Shown in pieces: positions 25,152 through 38,100 of a stretch of DNA of 64,000 bases (its first letter is position 1; every line of letters starts with the position of its first letter). Both the position numbers and the translations under genes were made by a program. This stretch comes from Raillietiella orientalis. Lineage: Eukaryota. The stretch lies in the NCBI GenBank assembly GCA_036172245.1, contig JAYWIR010000035.1, forward strand, positions 186,001 to 250,000, read 5' to 3'. Below the pieces are notes generated by a model. The model was not told the DNA's origin. It saw only the letters and a list, made by a program, of their open reading frames with translations, and did not search any database.

Positions 25152-27346
25152 TTAAGTAGATTTCGGTATCCAAATCAAAACTTTGATGTTTATACCTAAC
25201 CATTGGAACCAAACATCAATACTACAAGAGTTGCCCGCTTCTCAAAACAGGGACCACACAGAAATGCACATCACTCTTTGAAATAATAATGGATTCCTAA
25301 CTGCAGGTGCATCTCTAGTTATTAACTATTTAGTTCAGCTTGAATTCGAGTTGTACTTTTAATACCAAAACATATTACACGTGGATATATGAATTACGGC
25401 AACGTGTGTACCTCAATTTTTTAAAAAAAAATTCGATCAGTTGAAAGGTTTCCACAGAAATACGATTGAACATATTTTATTTTGGCTCATTTTGTAGTTT
25501 CGAAAAATTTGGACTTCATTAAACGGCTATCATGTGCACTGAAATTTGGTTCTTATATACGTATGTTCGAAATCATAACTTTAATAGAAATTATAATCGT
25601 GAATTTTTCAGGAAGATATCGGAAGATAGTATAAGAGAGCAGCTTACATCTCTCATATTTATTAAAACTACATATCAGAAAGAGACATTAGAATTTCAGA
25701 GTATGAGTTTTTTTTAATAAAATTCAATGTTTATTTTTACAACTGATGAGTTTCTAAAAAAAAACTTTTGTACTCATTAGCTAGTACATTGGAATTTTTC
25801 CTAACGATGAAAAGTGGGCAGTATTTTTATTTGATCAGCTTCCTTTTTCAAAAAGACTAGTTTAGACTCGTTAGCTATTAATGTGTACGAAACATCAAAA
25901 TTAAAATTAGTTTCATAAGCTGATAAATCCATTAATTGTTTTTTTTAAAAGTTCCTAACAAAATTAAGGGTTGTTCTTGAAAAGAATTGAAAAATTATCA
26001 CGAAATCTTCGAATTTTTTAATTTTGCTCCATCTTTTACTTTAAGTACTTAAAAAGATTCCACCAATACGTTCAGAACATATAAATACTAAATTCAGTTC
26101 AATAAGATGAAACAGATTACCTGCGATTCAATCAAATTATTCTTTTATGAAATCAATGGACTCGAAAAATATGGATAGACTCTTGGATGAGTCTCTGGTG
26201 CAAAGAATAACAAAAACAATGAGGTTCTTGCAATCCCAATAGGACAGAATAATTTTTCACCATGCCTTTAAAACAAGAACTCATAAAAACTAATTTTTTA
26301 TCTTTGTGAATAGAGATACGCATTTCATGAATACAACTACTGTGCTTTCACCTTTAATCTCCAGCTTTTCTTACATTAATAGATTAGATTCATTCGGTAT
26401 ATCAGATGTGCATGAGTGTTCGACACTTCCAAAGTGTTCGATGTCTTCTATAGATGACGAGAAGCAGGAACGAAACAAATTTATTTCAATGTGAGACAGG
26501 AGATTCCTGTATTCGGCTGACTCAGAATTTAGTATAATATGGTCTTCTTCAAGAAACGGAAAAATGCTATGGATGCACTGATCATTTATGGATTAGTATT
26601 ACTTGCAAGCTAGATGCATATGAACCAGATACAATCGAACAATAGGGACATTGGGCTTTTATGACCAAGAGTTGTTGTCTTGCATTCTCCATAAGAAATA
26701 AATACTTAAAGTTATAAATCGACTCTTTTTGAAACTATCATGCAAATTCAATTGAAATCAATATAAGCACTTCCTAAAGACACACATTTCTAAGACTATT
26801 CTTTGTAATACATTTGCAAAAACATTTTTTCGAAACTTTTTTATTTACATTGTGCATTGTAAACATTTTTTGTCGTAAGAAACTTGTTTTAAAGCATCCG
26901 AAAAAACTTCAATACCAACGATATCTTTATTGAATCCAAGGATATTACCTTTATTATAGATTCTTACATGCATTGCTATATATGTATGAGATATTACGCC
27001 GCACTTGTGATGAATTATCATTCCTCACTTGTTCATTATTATTTCCTTGTGATTAATGGAACGAATTTTTTTTCCAGATTTGATGAAGTTCTATTTTTCT
27101 CATAATAAATAGTGTAAGTTTTCAATGGCAAATGGAATAGAGATTACAACTACTCTGCGAACACTGTTCTATGTCAATCGTGACGTACATTGAATTGGCC
27201 AATTGCTTTGTGCATTGGTAAACAGCTGCCATATTTAAGTTAAAAAGTTATTAATACAACATGAAAGTGAAAAAGTTAATATACATCAAAAAGTTGTGGG
27301 TCGTACATAAACGGAGAAATCAACCTAAAATGTGTTTTATGACCTA
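25152..27346. promoter_or_regulatory. Divergent (head-to-head) intergenic region holding the TBC1D13 and PPM1D promoters/5'UTRs
   Basis: Inferred from the opposed start codons at 25151(-) and 27347(+). No individual element is assigned with confidence. Confidence 0.55.
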
Positions 27347-29535
27347 ATGGCACCTAAAAATAGTATAGGAGTAAATTTACGTGTAACAGGACATTGCAAT
27401 CAAGGAGGTAGAAAATACATGGAAGATGTATTTTGCGTTGCTTACCAACAAACAGAAGATAAAAAAGATTTAGAGTATGCATTTTTTGGTATCTTTGATG
27501 GTCATGGAGGAAGAGAAGCCGCGTTGTTTGCAAAAGAACACTTAATGGATTTTGTAGTGTTTCAGAAAGGATTTTGGTCTGATGATGACGATCAAGTACT
27601 AAAAGCAATAAGAGATGGATTCATATCAACTCATTTGGCAATGTGGAGAGAACTAGGTGCGTAGAATATAGTTTCCATGTTTTGGGGTTGTTTTCTCAGC
27701 TGGTTTTGAAATCATTATTTTCAGATGCTTGGCCAAGAACAGTTACTGGTCTTCCCAGTACATCAGGAACAACAGCAAGCATAGTGTTTATTCGACGGAA
27801 AAAAATTTATTTAGGGCATGTAGGAGATTCTGCAATTGTTATGGGTTGTCAAGCAGATGGTAACTATGTATATAATTCTAAGCATTAAATATTATTACTT
27901 TTATGAGTATATAATAGAACTAAATGTGCATGTGTGTTTTGAATCAAATTTTGCTATAGGATTGGATGCTTATTTCATGACGGTATGCTGTAAGTATCTA
28001 ATGCTTGAATTTTTAAAATTGTAGATTCACCAGACAGCTGGTATTCTACACGCCTCACACGTGACCATAAGCCAGGATCTTTTAATGAACATTTAAGAAT
28101 TCAACAGAGTGGTGGCAAAGTGATTTGCAAATCTGGAATACCGAGGGTTGTTTGGAATCGACCTAAACTTGGTCACAAGGGTCCAGTCCGAAGGTCTACT
28201 CACATTGATGAAATACCTTTCTTATCAGTGGCAAGATCATTAGGTATGCTCTTGTATGGTAAAATACGTAAATAATAATCATGAATAATTTTTAGGTGAT
28301 CTTTGGAGCTATAATTCTGAGCTAGATCAGTTCATTGTATCCCCAGAACCTGATGTGTATGTTCTTCCAATTGACACCAATATTCACAAGTGCATCATTT
28401 TGGGAACAGATGGTCTGTGGAATATGATACAGCCTCATGCAGCAGTTACATTAGCAATGAATATTGAAAAAGCTAATGAGAGGTGTTTATCAGAAAATAT
28501 TCAAGATCAGGTATCTAGCTTATGTTGACATTATGTAATATACAGTAATATGCAAGGAATCACAAAAATGGAAAAATCCATCAAAATGTCTAGTTGAATG
28601 TGCATTGATAAAATGGGGTACATATGATGTCAGAGCAGACAATATCAGTGTTGTAACTGTAATGCTTGATCCACCTGGACCCCCAAATGCAAAAGTAAGT
28701 ATGCAGAATATATTGCTGATTTTAATTAATCTTAATTTATTAGATGTTGTCAAGAAAATCTCAGTACATGCATTCTGAAGGACCTGTTCACATGAATCCT
28801 GTCATGAAACATAATTCCCCATCACAAGACCCTTCATCAGAAGTTTCTGAAAATTCTGGAATTGAAACTCACTGTGTTCTTGACAAACAGCTTATTGATA
28901 CAACTGACTATAATGTTCTCTCAAACATTGCTTTTAATGATAGTCAGACTACAGAAAATAGTGGTGTGAATCCAGAACTAAATACCAACTTAAAATTGAC
29001 TTCTGAACCTATACCTAAAACAGAATTAAAGTATAAGAGGACTCTCCGTAGCTCATCCATAAGAACAGAATGTCAGTCCATAAGAACACAAGAGTTGTGT
29101 AAGCAAAAAATCTTTTCTAAAACTTCTAGTCATGATACAGAAATAACAGACAACCAGAACAGTGATATTGAAAATAGTGAAAGTTTACATCGTAAAATGT
29201 ATAAGCAACACAAAAAGAATAGAAAGAAGAAGGTGAATGTGAATATAGGTCCTGCCACTGTCAGTAAGAGTATTTACGAATACCAAAAATGTGCCCCCTC
29301 TCTGTGTACTCCAGCTCTTTATAATAATAGTCCACTTGAGTTCAATCAACGAGTTTTGCGGTCTAGAGATTCTGAAATTATGCGATATGAAGCAAAAAGG
29401 TCTAAGGTACGACACATTAAAGTAGAAAAGTCCATTAGGAAAAAAAAACTTTTAACTTACAAGTATGATAGAACGAAAATTCTCAGATTAAGAACACAAA
29501 GACTTAAATCAGGAAGCAATAAATCAGTAAAGTAG
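27347..29535 (+). CDS. PPM1D: Protein phosphatase 1D (Wip1), PP2C/PPM family (~602 aa, 6 exons)
   Basis: Exons 27347-27656, 27725-27859, 28025-28243, 28296-28510, 28557-28694 and 28744-29535 total 1809 nt in frame. PP2C motifs [26 protein letters not shown] and ADN. PPM1D-specific basic loop [40 protein letters not shown]. Long basic C-terminal tail. AATAAA at 29641. Confidence 0.95.
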
Positions 29536-30818
29536 AACAGTAACCTTATATTCCATGCTGGGTTGTTATAATTCTATATTGTTTATTATTATATATTTAT
29601 ATTTTGAGAATTGAAATGAATTTTGCATAACAATGCCTTTAATAAAGTATTGATAAAATTGTCAGTTTTTAAGAAGTTAATTTTTATTTTTCATTGATAC
29701 CTGCATAGTCTTGTGAATTTTCAGTTCTTGAAGTGCGAAACTGTAGTCGAGTCATTGAGAATTGTGCACATTTAATTGTTTCCTGTGTGTGTGAATTTTA
29801 CATAGAATTTATGCAAAGAACCTCCATGATATTTTGCATAATATATTGCAAAGTGGATTTTGTATGCACTGCATTATTTCATTCAGGTGCAAAATAAAAA
29901 CTAAAGAGGAGCAAATCACTACAATGAAAACGATGTATTTGTGTTTTTTTTTTTTAGTTCCAGTTCTTCGGGGTATTGTATGAGTGCATATTCCTTCATT
30001 GAGCATACAAAATGAATAGTAAGAATGCATCAAATTACCATGAATTTCATGTTTCCGACTCTTTCAGTGTATTTGAAATTCTATAAATGAGTTGTTACAA
30101 TGCTTTCCTCAATTTTTTTTAATCTGTTTTGATTTGAATTTCAAATAGTTTAAATGGACCACAGAAAATACTGGTTTCATTTTTTTATAGCATTCTTTCC
30201 CATAAGTCATAATGAGATAGTAGTCAGTCAGTCAACTGTGATTTAGTATGATTTTGTAATTAACAAATACGATATTTTGTGCAAGGCTTTTAATAACTAT
30301 TTTTATTTTTATGTTGTGAATTCTCGCATTACTTTTGACATTTTTCCTGACAAGTTCGTGCAGCACCTCTTTGGTGTTTCAATTGTTTCTGTATTTTTGC
30401 TTTGTCTTCCACTTTATTTGGCTTATGGAACATGTAACTTGGGATTCTTCAGCTATACATTCCAGTAGTAGTGAGATATTCTGAAGGTTGTAAAATAGTC
30501 CATCTTTAGCAATAGCATTTGCATCTACATTCTTCTTATAGGAGTAACAAAATCTGCAACATGTTCCTTAATACTTAGTTTGCATTTAAAAAATAATTTT
30601 TACAGTTCTTGTTTAAATCCCAATTTCTTGAGAGATTTTAATATCCTAAATACTTTTCGTGCATTTTTCATAGATAAAAAAAAATTTCTTGCCCTATCAG
30701 CTGCCGTAATCTTGTAACAATTTGCAAATTTGTAGAATCCATGGTTGTATTTTGATTTTTTGCTTCAAATTCTTGTGCGTTTACGAACTATTTTGTGAGT
30801 TCTTGTGTGTCTACGCAG

Positions 30819-30820
<2 letters not shown>

Positions 30821-30869
<49 letters not shown>
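30821..30869. repeat. Poly(T) homopolymer, 49 nt
   Basis: Uninterrupted T run. Confidence 0.9.
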
Positions 30870-32191
30870 CCCCATCTCTCTTTCTTCAGCCTTTAGCGAC
30901 ATTTTGCCCCAAAAACACTTTTCGGGGAAATTTTCACAAATGCAAAATGCGTTTTTTCATAAATTTACTGACATGATGATAATGTTTTATGTATTCTTAC
31001 TTTTCAAGTCATTTCCTGTTGATGGCGTGAAAAGTGAAATACTTTGAAAGACATTTCCAGGTATTAGAATGTAAGAACCACAGTTTCATAATTGAAGATC
31101 GATTTACGGATTGTTTCTTGCCAAAAATTTTCCAATAGTTTATTCCCGCCTCTGAGAAAATAGCAGGACAAAGGGTTTTGGTGCGCTTGCCACTCGAAAA
31201 ACTTGTAAGACACTGAAGAAAGACGGACTGTGTTGAATTTCCAAAAATTATCGAGTGTTATGAGAGAACTGTGCTGTATAAGGATACAGAACGAATTGTA
31301 CGGAATCCTCACGGAAAGTGCAAAAAGGAAAAAACGGAGGGGGGGGAGCCCAAGACGAAAAGAGCATAAATGTGAAAACTAGGAATTGCAGGAATAAGCG
31401 CGAGACCGCCTGACAGAACGATGACGATGACGTCAGTGCCCTGTGAATTCAAACAGTTGTGTTTGAGACATGGGTGACACAACCGAGGAAGGAGAACCAT
31501 GAAAACTCAATGGCAGGTTAAGAAAAGCACCGTCAACGTGGGAAGATTGAAAAGCAAAGGATGCGTGTACTTGTTCCAAGTTAGTTGCTGTGGATCCCGA
31601 GAAGCTGGAGTAGACCGGGAACAGAGTGCCAGAGGCTTCCTTCGGAACTGTCAAAGAGGAAAGTTTCGGAACACATCTCCAGAATCAACTGAAGAAGAAC
31701 CAGACGGAGAGCATGCAGAGGAATTGCAATTGATGCTTTTGCAAGACGTTTAAAGGCGTCGAAGAACCGTTTGTCATGCATCACATGCAAAGAGCATTGC
31801 CATTTTTGCTCGCACGTAATTAATCACAAGAGGACAGCATGCAAATGTTATACATTGTAAAGTATGAACATTTGCTCCGGTACGGTGCCTTGAAATGTCA
31901 GTAGCTTTGAAAGAAGGAAAACAGCAATTAGCCAGTGTCGGTGATTGCTGTACTGCAACCTCAAAAAGAAATTTAAAAGCACAGCACCAGAAGTCTTTTA
32001 GACAGAAAAACGAAAAGGTAGAGAGCAAGTTTTGCGATCGGAGCACAAGGAATCATGAAATCACTCTTGAAATCAGGGATCTGATCGTGAAAAATCGAAA
32101 TTGAAGACTCATACGGACCGACATCATTTAGACAGAGGGATGTGACAAAAACTTCTGTTGGTAAAAAAAGAAAAAAAAAATGGAAATGAAT

Positions 32192-32232
32192 TATATATAT
32201 ATATATATATATAAATATATATATATATAATA
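32192..32232. repeat. (TA)n microsatellite, slightly interrupted
   Basis: Directly visible TA repeats. Confidence 0.85.
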
Positions 32233-35129
32233 TGATCATTCAACCTCTGGAAACTGCCACTTGCAGAGTCGAAGAATGCATTCAGCTAGCAAGTTACTTA
32301 GAGAGAAAATTCAACCTAGTTACAAGATCTGCAAGTTTCACGAACCCCATTGCATGTGTTGCAATCGACGAAATGCCCAAGTTCAAGGCGAAAGTTGTAA
32401 ATATCGAAAACATCTGCATTCGTTATATGTTCAAAAAAAAAAAAAACATTCCTGTCCTACCGCCTGTGGAGAATTCGTTATCCTGGGAGCCGGGACTGCT
32501 TCCTCGACATTGGACTGGGTGTTCACATTCCTGTCGAACAGGTTCCCCCACTGCATTGGGTTCGGCTCGGTCAACTAGAGGTTTTGATATGCGTATTCAA
32601 CACGGAGTGAGTGGTGACGAAATAGAACATCGACAGCTCGCAGCTGGTGTAACTTACATCGACATGTATTTTAGCGAAATAATGAAAATAGAAAGTGCCG
32701 GGAGACTTTAGAGTTTAGACGGAAGGAAGCCGTCTACCTTAAAGTGGCGATATGCTCGGAAATCTGGAGGGAAGGATGTGGCAGGTGTTTCTGTTTTTCC
32801 CGCTAGTTTCCTCTTGGTATCCACGGAGAGGATCCACGTCTGAAGCGTTTTTGCCAAACCGAGGGCTCTATCTTTTCGGGAACAAAAGTTTGCTCAGAGA
32901 AAGTTTGCTCGCCTCGCAGCTTGACTTGCAAGTGCAGTAGAAGGAGCAGCTGCTCGTTTTCAGAAGGAATCTCTTCATCGGTTCCTGGTCGAAATACTGG
33001 AATAATATATGCTCATCAAGAACATAACACGAGATGCGCCAAACACCGAGGTAAGCAAGAAAAGCAAACTGGACTCTTGGAAATTTGAACGAATTAAAGA
33101 TCCCACAACGATTTAACGAAGCTTAATTTTATCGAGGCTTACTCGCGACAGATGTAACGTTTTTATTAAAATTCCATCTGCTGGAACCGAATGTGCATAC
33201 ACTGATTGAGTCGTATGCCGTGTGTGTGTGTACATGTGATGAGTAGAAACCTACGTGACACAGTATTTTGGTGACCATGGAATTTGTGGGATCACGAAGC
33301 ACGCGCAAATGGAGTTCTGATATCAGTGTTTACCTTTTTGTGTTAATTGGTGCATGTGGCGTTCCCTATGGAAAAGCCTGGCATTAGGAAAATCAAGCCA
33401 AAACATGGAGTAATTCGAAACTCATGATACTGCCCATAGGTTTGCAATTTTTTCTTAGCTATACGGTTTACATGTAAATCGTCCGTTTAGCATTTATGGA
33501 CAGAAAGAATTCACTTTAAGAGCTAATCAAATCAAAGAATATTTATATCACCTTCGACCCATTCTAAGGAGAAATATAGACACTTTTTCCCCTCAATAAA
33601 TAGGAAGTTCAGCCTTTATATGCGTTCGATCCTCTGACGGAAGAGTATTTGAGTTACCGTTACACTGGATATATCCCGTAGTGAAAGACTGAAATAGATT
33701 TGGACGAGTGTGTTGGTGGTCGTGGAAGTAGAAAATAATTTCAGAACCATTAATTTCTAGGGAAAATACGCCAATGCATAACAAAGCACACGTACCAGAA
33801 TAGGTCATCTAAAAGAAGTTTCATGTCTTTAAAATCCGAAAAGTCTTACTCAGGAAAGAGGAAGAAGAAAAAAAAAAAGAGAGTCCCTCTGACCTTTTAT
33901 TGAGAGTCATATCAGTGTGACGAATATTATTCCAAAAGCGGGTATGAAAAGGTTTTCCCCTAACATGGAGTTGGACTGTGATCTAAATTTATGGAATGTT
34001 TTTTCCTTTGCGAACTCACGATGGCATTCACGTGTCAAATACAATGATAGTCACATTTGCTCGTAGTCAGCACGGAAACTGTCGGCCGGTCCTCCGTGTG
34101 GATCCAAAAACACCAACGGAAGTTTATCGTAAATTTGTATGAAATCATTTGGCAGTCGCACTGGAAGTGTTTAGCCGAGAAGTCTTCATCCATTACTGGA
34201 GTTCCAGAAAGCTTTTCAAATGTTTCCAGCGGATATGTGTTCTGTATATTTGTACGTTTTTCCCGCATTGTTTCCTTTCGTTATCTATCCTGAAAATTCG
34301 TAGTACATTACTACATTTTTCGTCTGTCTGTATTTATTATATTTTTCAGCACATGTTTCCCGAATACAAAGCATCTGCTTAACTAGTAGTAACCGTGGTC
34401 TTTACTTGTCTTGAAGCGAAATTCAAATCCGTTCTTCTGGACTTATTCGTGCTAACACGAAAAGACAGTTCTCAAAGCCCAGTTCGAACTACATATACTT
34501 TAAATTTATCAGATTGAAAACGGAAAGAGGGTCCACTATTTCATGGATGCCTTTGAGTGTGCTTGAAATCCCTTAAGTGAATAATGCAAAATTACTTCAC
34601 GTGTCTTCCGATGTCTTCCTGAAAACAGCATCGTTTTCAAAGATAGTATTAAAAAGAAATACAATGTTTGAAAAGAGAGCCAATAGAATTGTAAGTGGAT
34701 GGTCATGTGATTCCTACAGGGTTCCTTGAACGCTGTTCGATCAGGGAGCAGTTTCCGTTCCTTGCTGTAGCGTTCAAGGTTGCTGTAGTGTACTGCTGAC
34801 GACTTGAGATCACTTTCAGGGCACCAAAATTTCGAGCCAATGTGTAAAATAATTTATGGAAGGAGCATGAAAATTGGATGTAGATATTGGCATGAAAGTT
34901 TGATATTACTACCGGTATGAATGGGTTTAGTAAGAAAACAAAAGGGAGGGGAAAAAAAACATGAAATCGATATTATAGTCGTCCGTAAAATCTTTTGGGT
35001 CTCGCATTTCATTCAAGCTTTGCTTTGGAGTTGCTCCTTTTGCGGAAGGACGTTTGCTGTAGTTTTCTTTCTGAAAGTTGAAGTCGGCCAGCGGTTTGGC
35101 TGTTCGCACGGGATTCGGTGAAGTCGTCG

Positions 35130-35152
35130 CTCTCTCTCTCTCTCTCTCTCTC
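35130..35152. repeat. (CT)n microsatellite
   Basis: Directly visible CT repeats. Confidence 0.85.
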
Positions 35153-38100
35153 GTCGCGTGTGGGCACAAGAGAATCCCCCTTTCAGGCAGTACGAGTTTC
35201 CTATACAGTCATGCTTTCTTAAAGAGTGAACCTGATGGCGACGGTATGCATACAGTAAAATGATCGCAAAACTGACAACCGTGTGAGACTGTTTCCGTGT
35301 GTGAGTCGACCAGCGTTTGGAGCCTGAGAATCCGTGTCCTCCCCTCCGTGGTAGTAAAGAGAAACTTTGCGGAGCACTCGGCAACTCGGTACGCTTCGAA
35401 ACTGTGCATCTACCTTGAAAGGTGGTGGGCTTCTCGATTAATTCTTTCTAGGCCAGGTCACCATTTGCTGTTCAGCAAGGAATTCTGCTTTGGCAACCAC
35501 CCCGATCAATGCTGTGCCAGCGTATGACCACAAGGCCACTTGGCCACAAGGATCAGGCGCACCTTTTTCAGTAGTTGAACGTACAGCGGGTTTCTGGTTA
35601 GGCGCCCGGCCTATGTACTGTCGTGCGTTGTTGTAAAAAATAAAAAAAAAGGAAATCGATGCATACTGCACACCAATACGTGAAAAAAACGGGAATTTTC
35701 TTGGAAGTTCTTTGCATATATCAAGTGAACAAAATTGCTTACTTGCTTTCCATTTGCTAGTGAGATGTTATCTCATTTCTTGCCTAGCCTTTGGAAAATG
35801 TTGATCTGGAACTCACAGGTGCCATAACTTCGGATGGAGTAGGTTACGCAACTTCCACGCTACCCTGCAGTATCGCGATTTTTATCTCAGCAATATAAAA
35901 TGTAAGATCAAATTGCAAAGCAAGATAAACGCTGTTTGCAGATGCGATACGGTCAATTCTAGTGTTTATTATTTCATTATTTCCTGTTTATTCTATAACG
36001 CATGTACATTAACATGGCTATCGAGGCGATGCACTTGGATTTACGTAATTATTGTTTGTAGACCGTGTGCACCATAAAGTTTCGAAGTTATACCTTTCTA
36101 TGATCGGATGAGTAATCATATACCACGCATATTGGTGTGTGTACTACAGGATACACGCAAAAGAACACCGCAGTGTAGGAGAACCACGAACAGACGGCGC
36201 AATTTATGTTGTTGTTGAAGCAGACAGAAGGAATGCGGATTTCTTTTTTTACTTTTGGGGAGAGGGGCTTTGTGCCAAAAAAGAAGAAAAGCATTGACTG
36301 TGAAACAGAAGACACGTAATGTAGAGTGCTCCATGGTGAATCAGCAGCTCATGTATGGGGAAACTTCAGAATGGCGTACGCGGTGTGCCAACCCTACCAT
36401 CGAGCAGGCGTTAAAACTCTCTCTGCCGGGGTCCACCTGTGGCAACAGGGAAAGTGCGTGGAAAAAATTCGTGCTCAAGAAGTCCCTGCGTGCCCAGTGC
36501 CCAATCAAATTCGAATCTCACAGAGCAGAGCTGAAGCGCGAAATGCTCTTCGCAATCTCCTTGTGAGGTTCACGTGGGGCAGAGTGCGTCTTTCCAGGCA
36601 TTACAAATAAACCCTCTCGCTCCGCACCATATGGATGGCACCGACCGGAGGCCAAGAGTACGCTTCGGGGACGGCTTGCAAGTGGTGTTGGCTCGCATGA
36701 AGCACCACTTCACCACCCATCAGAGAGGGCTAACCGCGACAGTGTCCCGCTTCGGAACAGTCCCGGGATGTCATGAGGAAGGCAGGGGACGCAGCATGAA
36801 GGTGAAAGTGCGGCGCCTTCCCCATTTATGACCGCAGCTACCGCGTTGGCGCGGCCTTGCGACTGCTTCCTCTCCGCACATGGCACCGAGCGTCGCGGGT
36901 TCGAATCCGCACCCGGGGAAGGATCGATGTCGAAAGATGGATGCGTCGTAGGTTTCGAGTCCCCACCTCCCCCCGCAAGATGACGCTGGTGCGGCAACGG
37001 TGGAAGCCGGAAATCCCCCTGATGCCCCTGTCGACCGGTCGCAATTGAGAGTTGACCTTCCGGAGTCTCCTTCCAGGAACCAGGGCAGTCGCGGTTCCCC
37101 CTTCTCTAGCTGCGAAGATGAATCCGTCCCTCGTCCCCTCGGAGGTTGCTTCTCCAGAGCATCAAGAAGCGCACTGCTCCCTTCGGGGAGCGAACTTCAG
37201 AGAAATCGAAGAGTCCTTCTGGGCTTCTCTCTTCGGAGGAGGAAACCAGGAGGAGTTGGGTTCCTTGCCGAGATTCCCTTTGGAGAAGGAGGGAGGAGTG
37301 GCCCCATTCGAGGAGCCTTTCCAGATAGAACAAGGAAGAGAGGATTCCCTTCCCAAGCGTAGGAGGAACAACTCTTTCCTTAGGGCGGTCCCCTATGAGG
37401 TTATCCCTTATGACTTGGAGAGTCACATGCACCCTCGGGTGGTGTGGACAGCGTCAAAGAGCTTTGTGAGCCTCCCCCTCCTCCTCCCCTCAAGGAGGCA
37501 AACGGTTCTTGACTACTCGTGCATGACCGCATAATATGGCCTTCCTCCTTTATTGAAAAGATGCGATGAACCCCGAGCGTTTTCCGGATCTGCGGAGAAC
37601 GTGGCGGACCACCTCGCCTCCACGACGACCTTTCGATTCGAAACCCGCAGAATTTCCTGTAGAGCTGAGCGAAAGGCGCTGGGTGTGTGAATTCTGTTAC
37701 GCGTCATCAGGATCCGAGTGTAAAAGAGCCAGCGGCGCCACGAACCGCATCAAAATGGCGCGCTTTACCCCAAGCAGAACGGAATGGCTCCTCCGCGGCT
37801 ACCCGACAAAAGATGGAGTCCAGGTGGGGACTGCGCGAGGGAAACTGCGATCCTTCCCAGGTGGTCAGCGGAAGGGCTGCGCGACATTGGTCTGTTGGGG
37901 AGCATTTCACCGAGGTTTTGCATCCGGGTCCACGGCCTGCTTCTCCTGAAAGCGCTCACGGCGAGGGCTGGCTGCACGCGGGCGCAGGTGTGGAGAGCTT
38001 CCTGGTTGGACACCGGCAACAGGGATTAAAAAGAAACCCAGCATTGGTCACGTCCACTTGCGATTTGAAAAATGGAAAAAAATCGAATTTTCTTCACATG

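Noticed and set aside
30821..30869. Poly(T) as the tail of a retrocopy
   Set aside because: No adjacent polyA signal, TSD or coding remnant seen.
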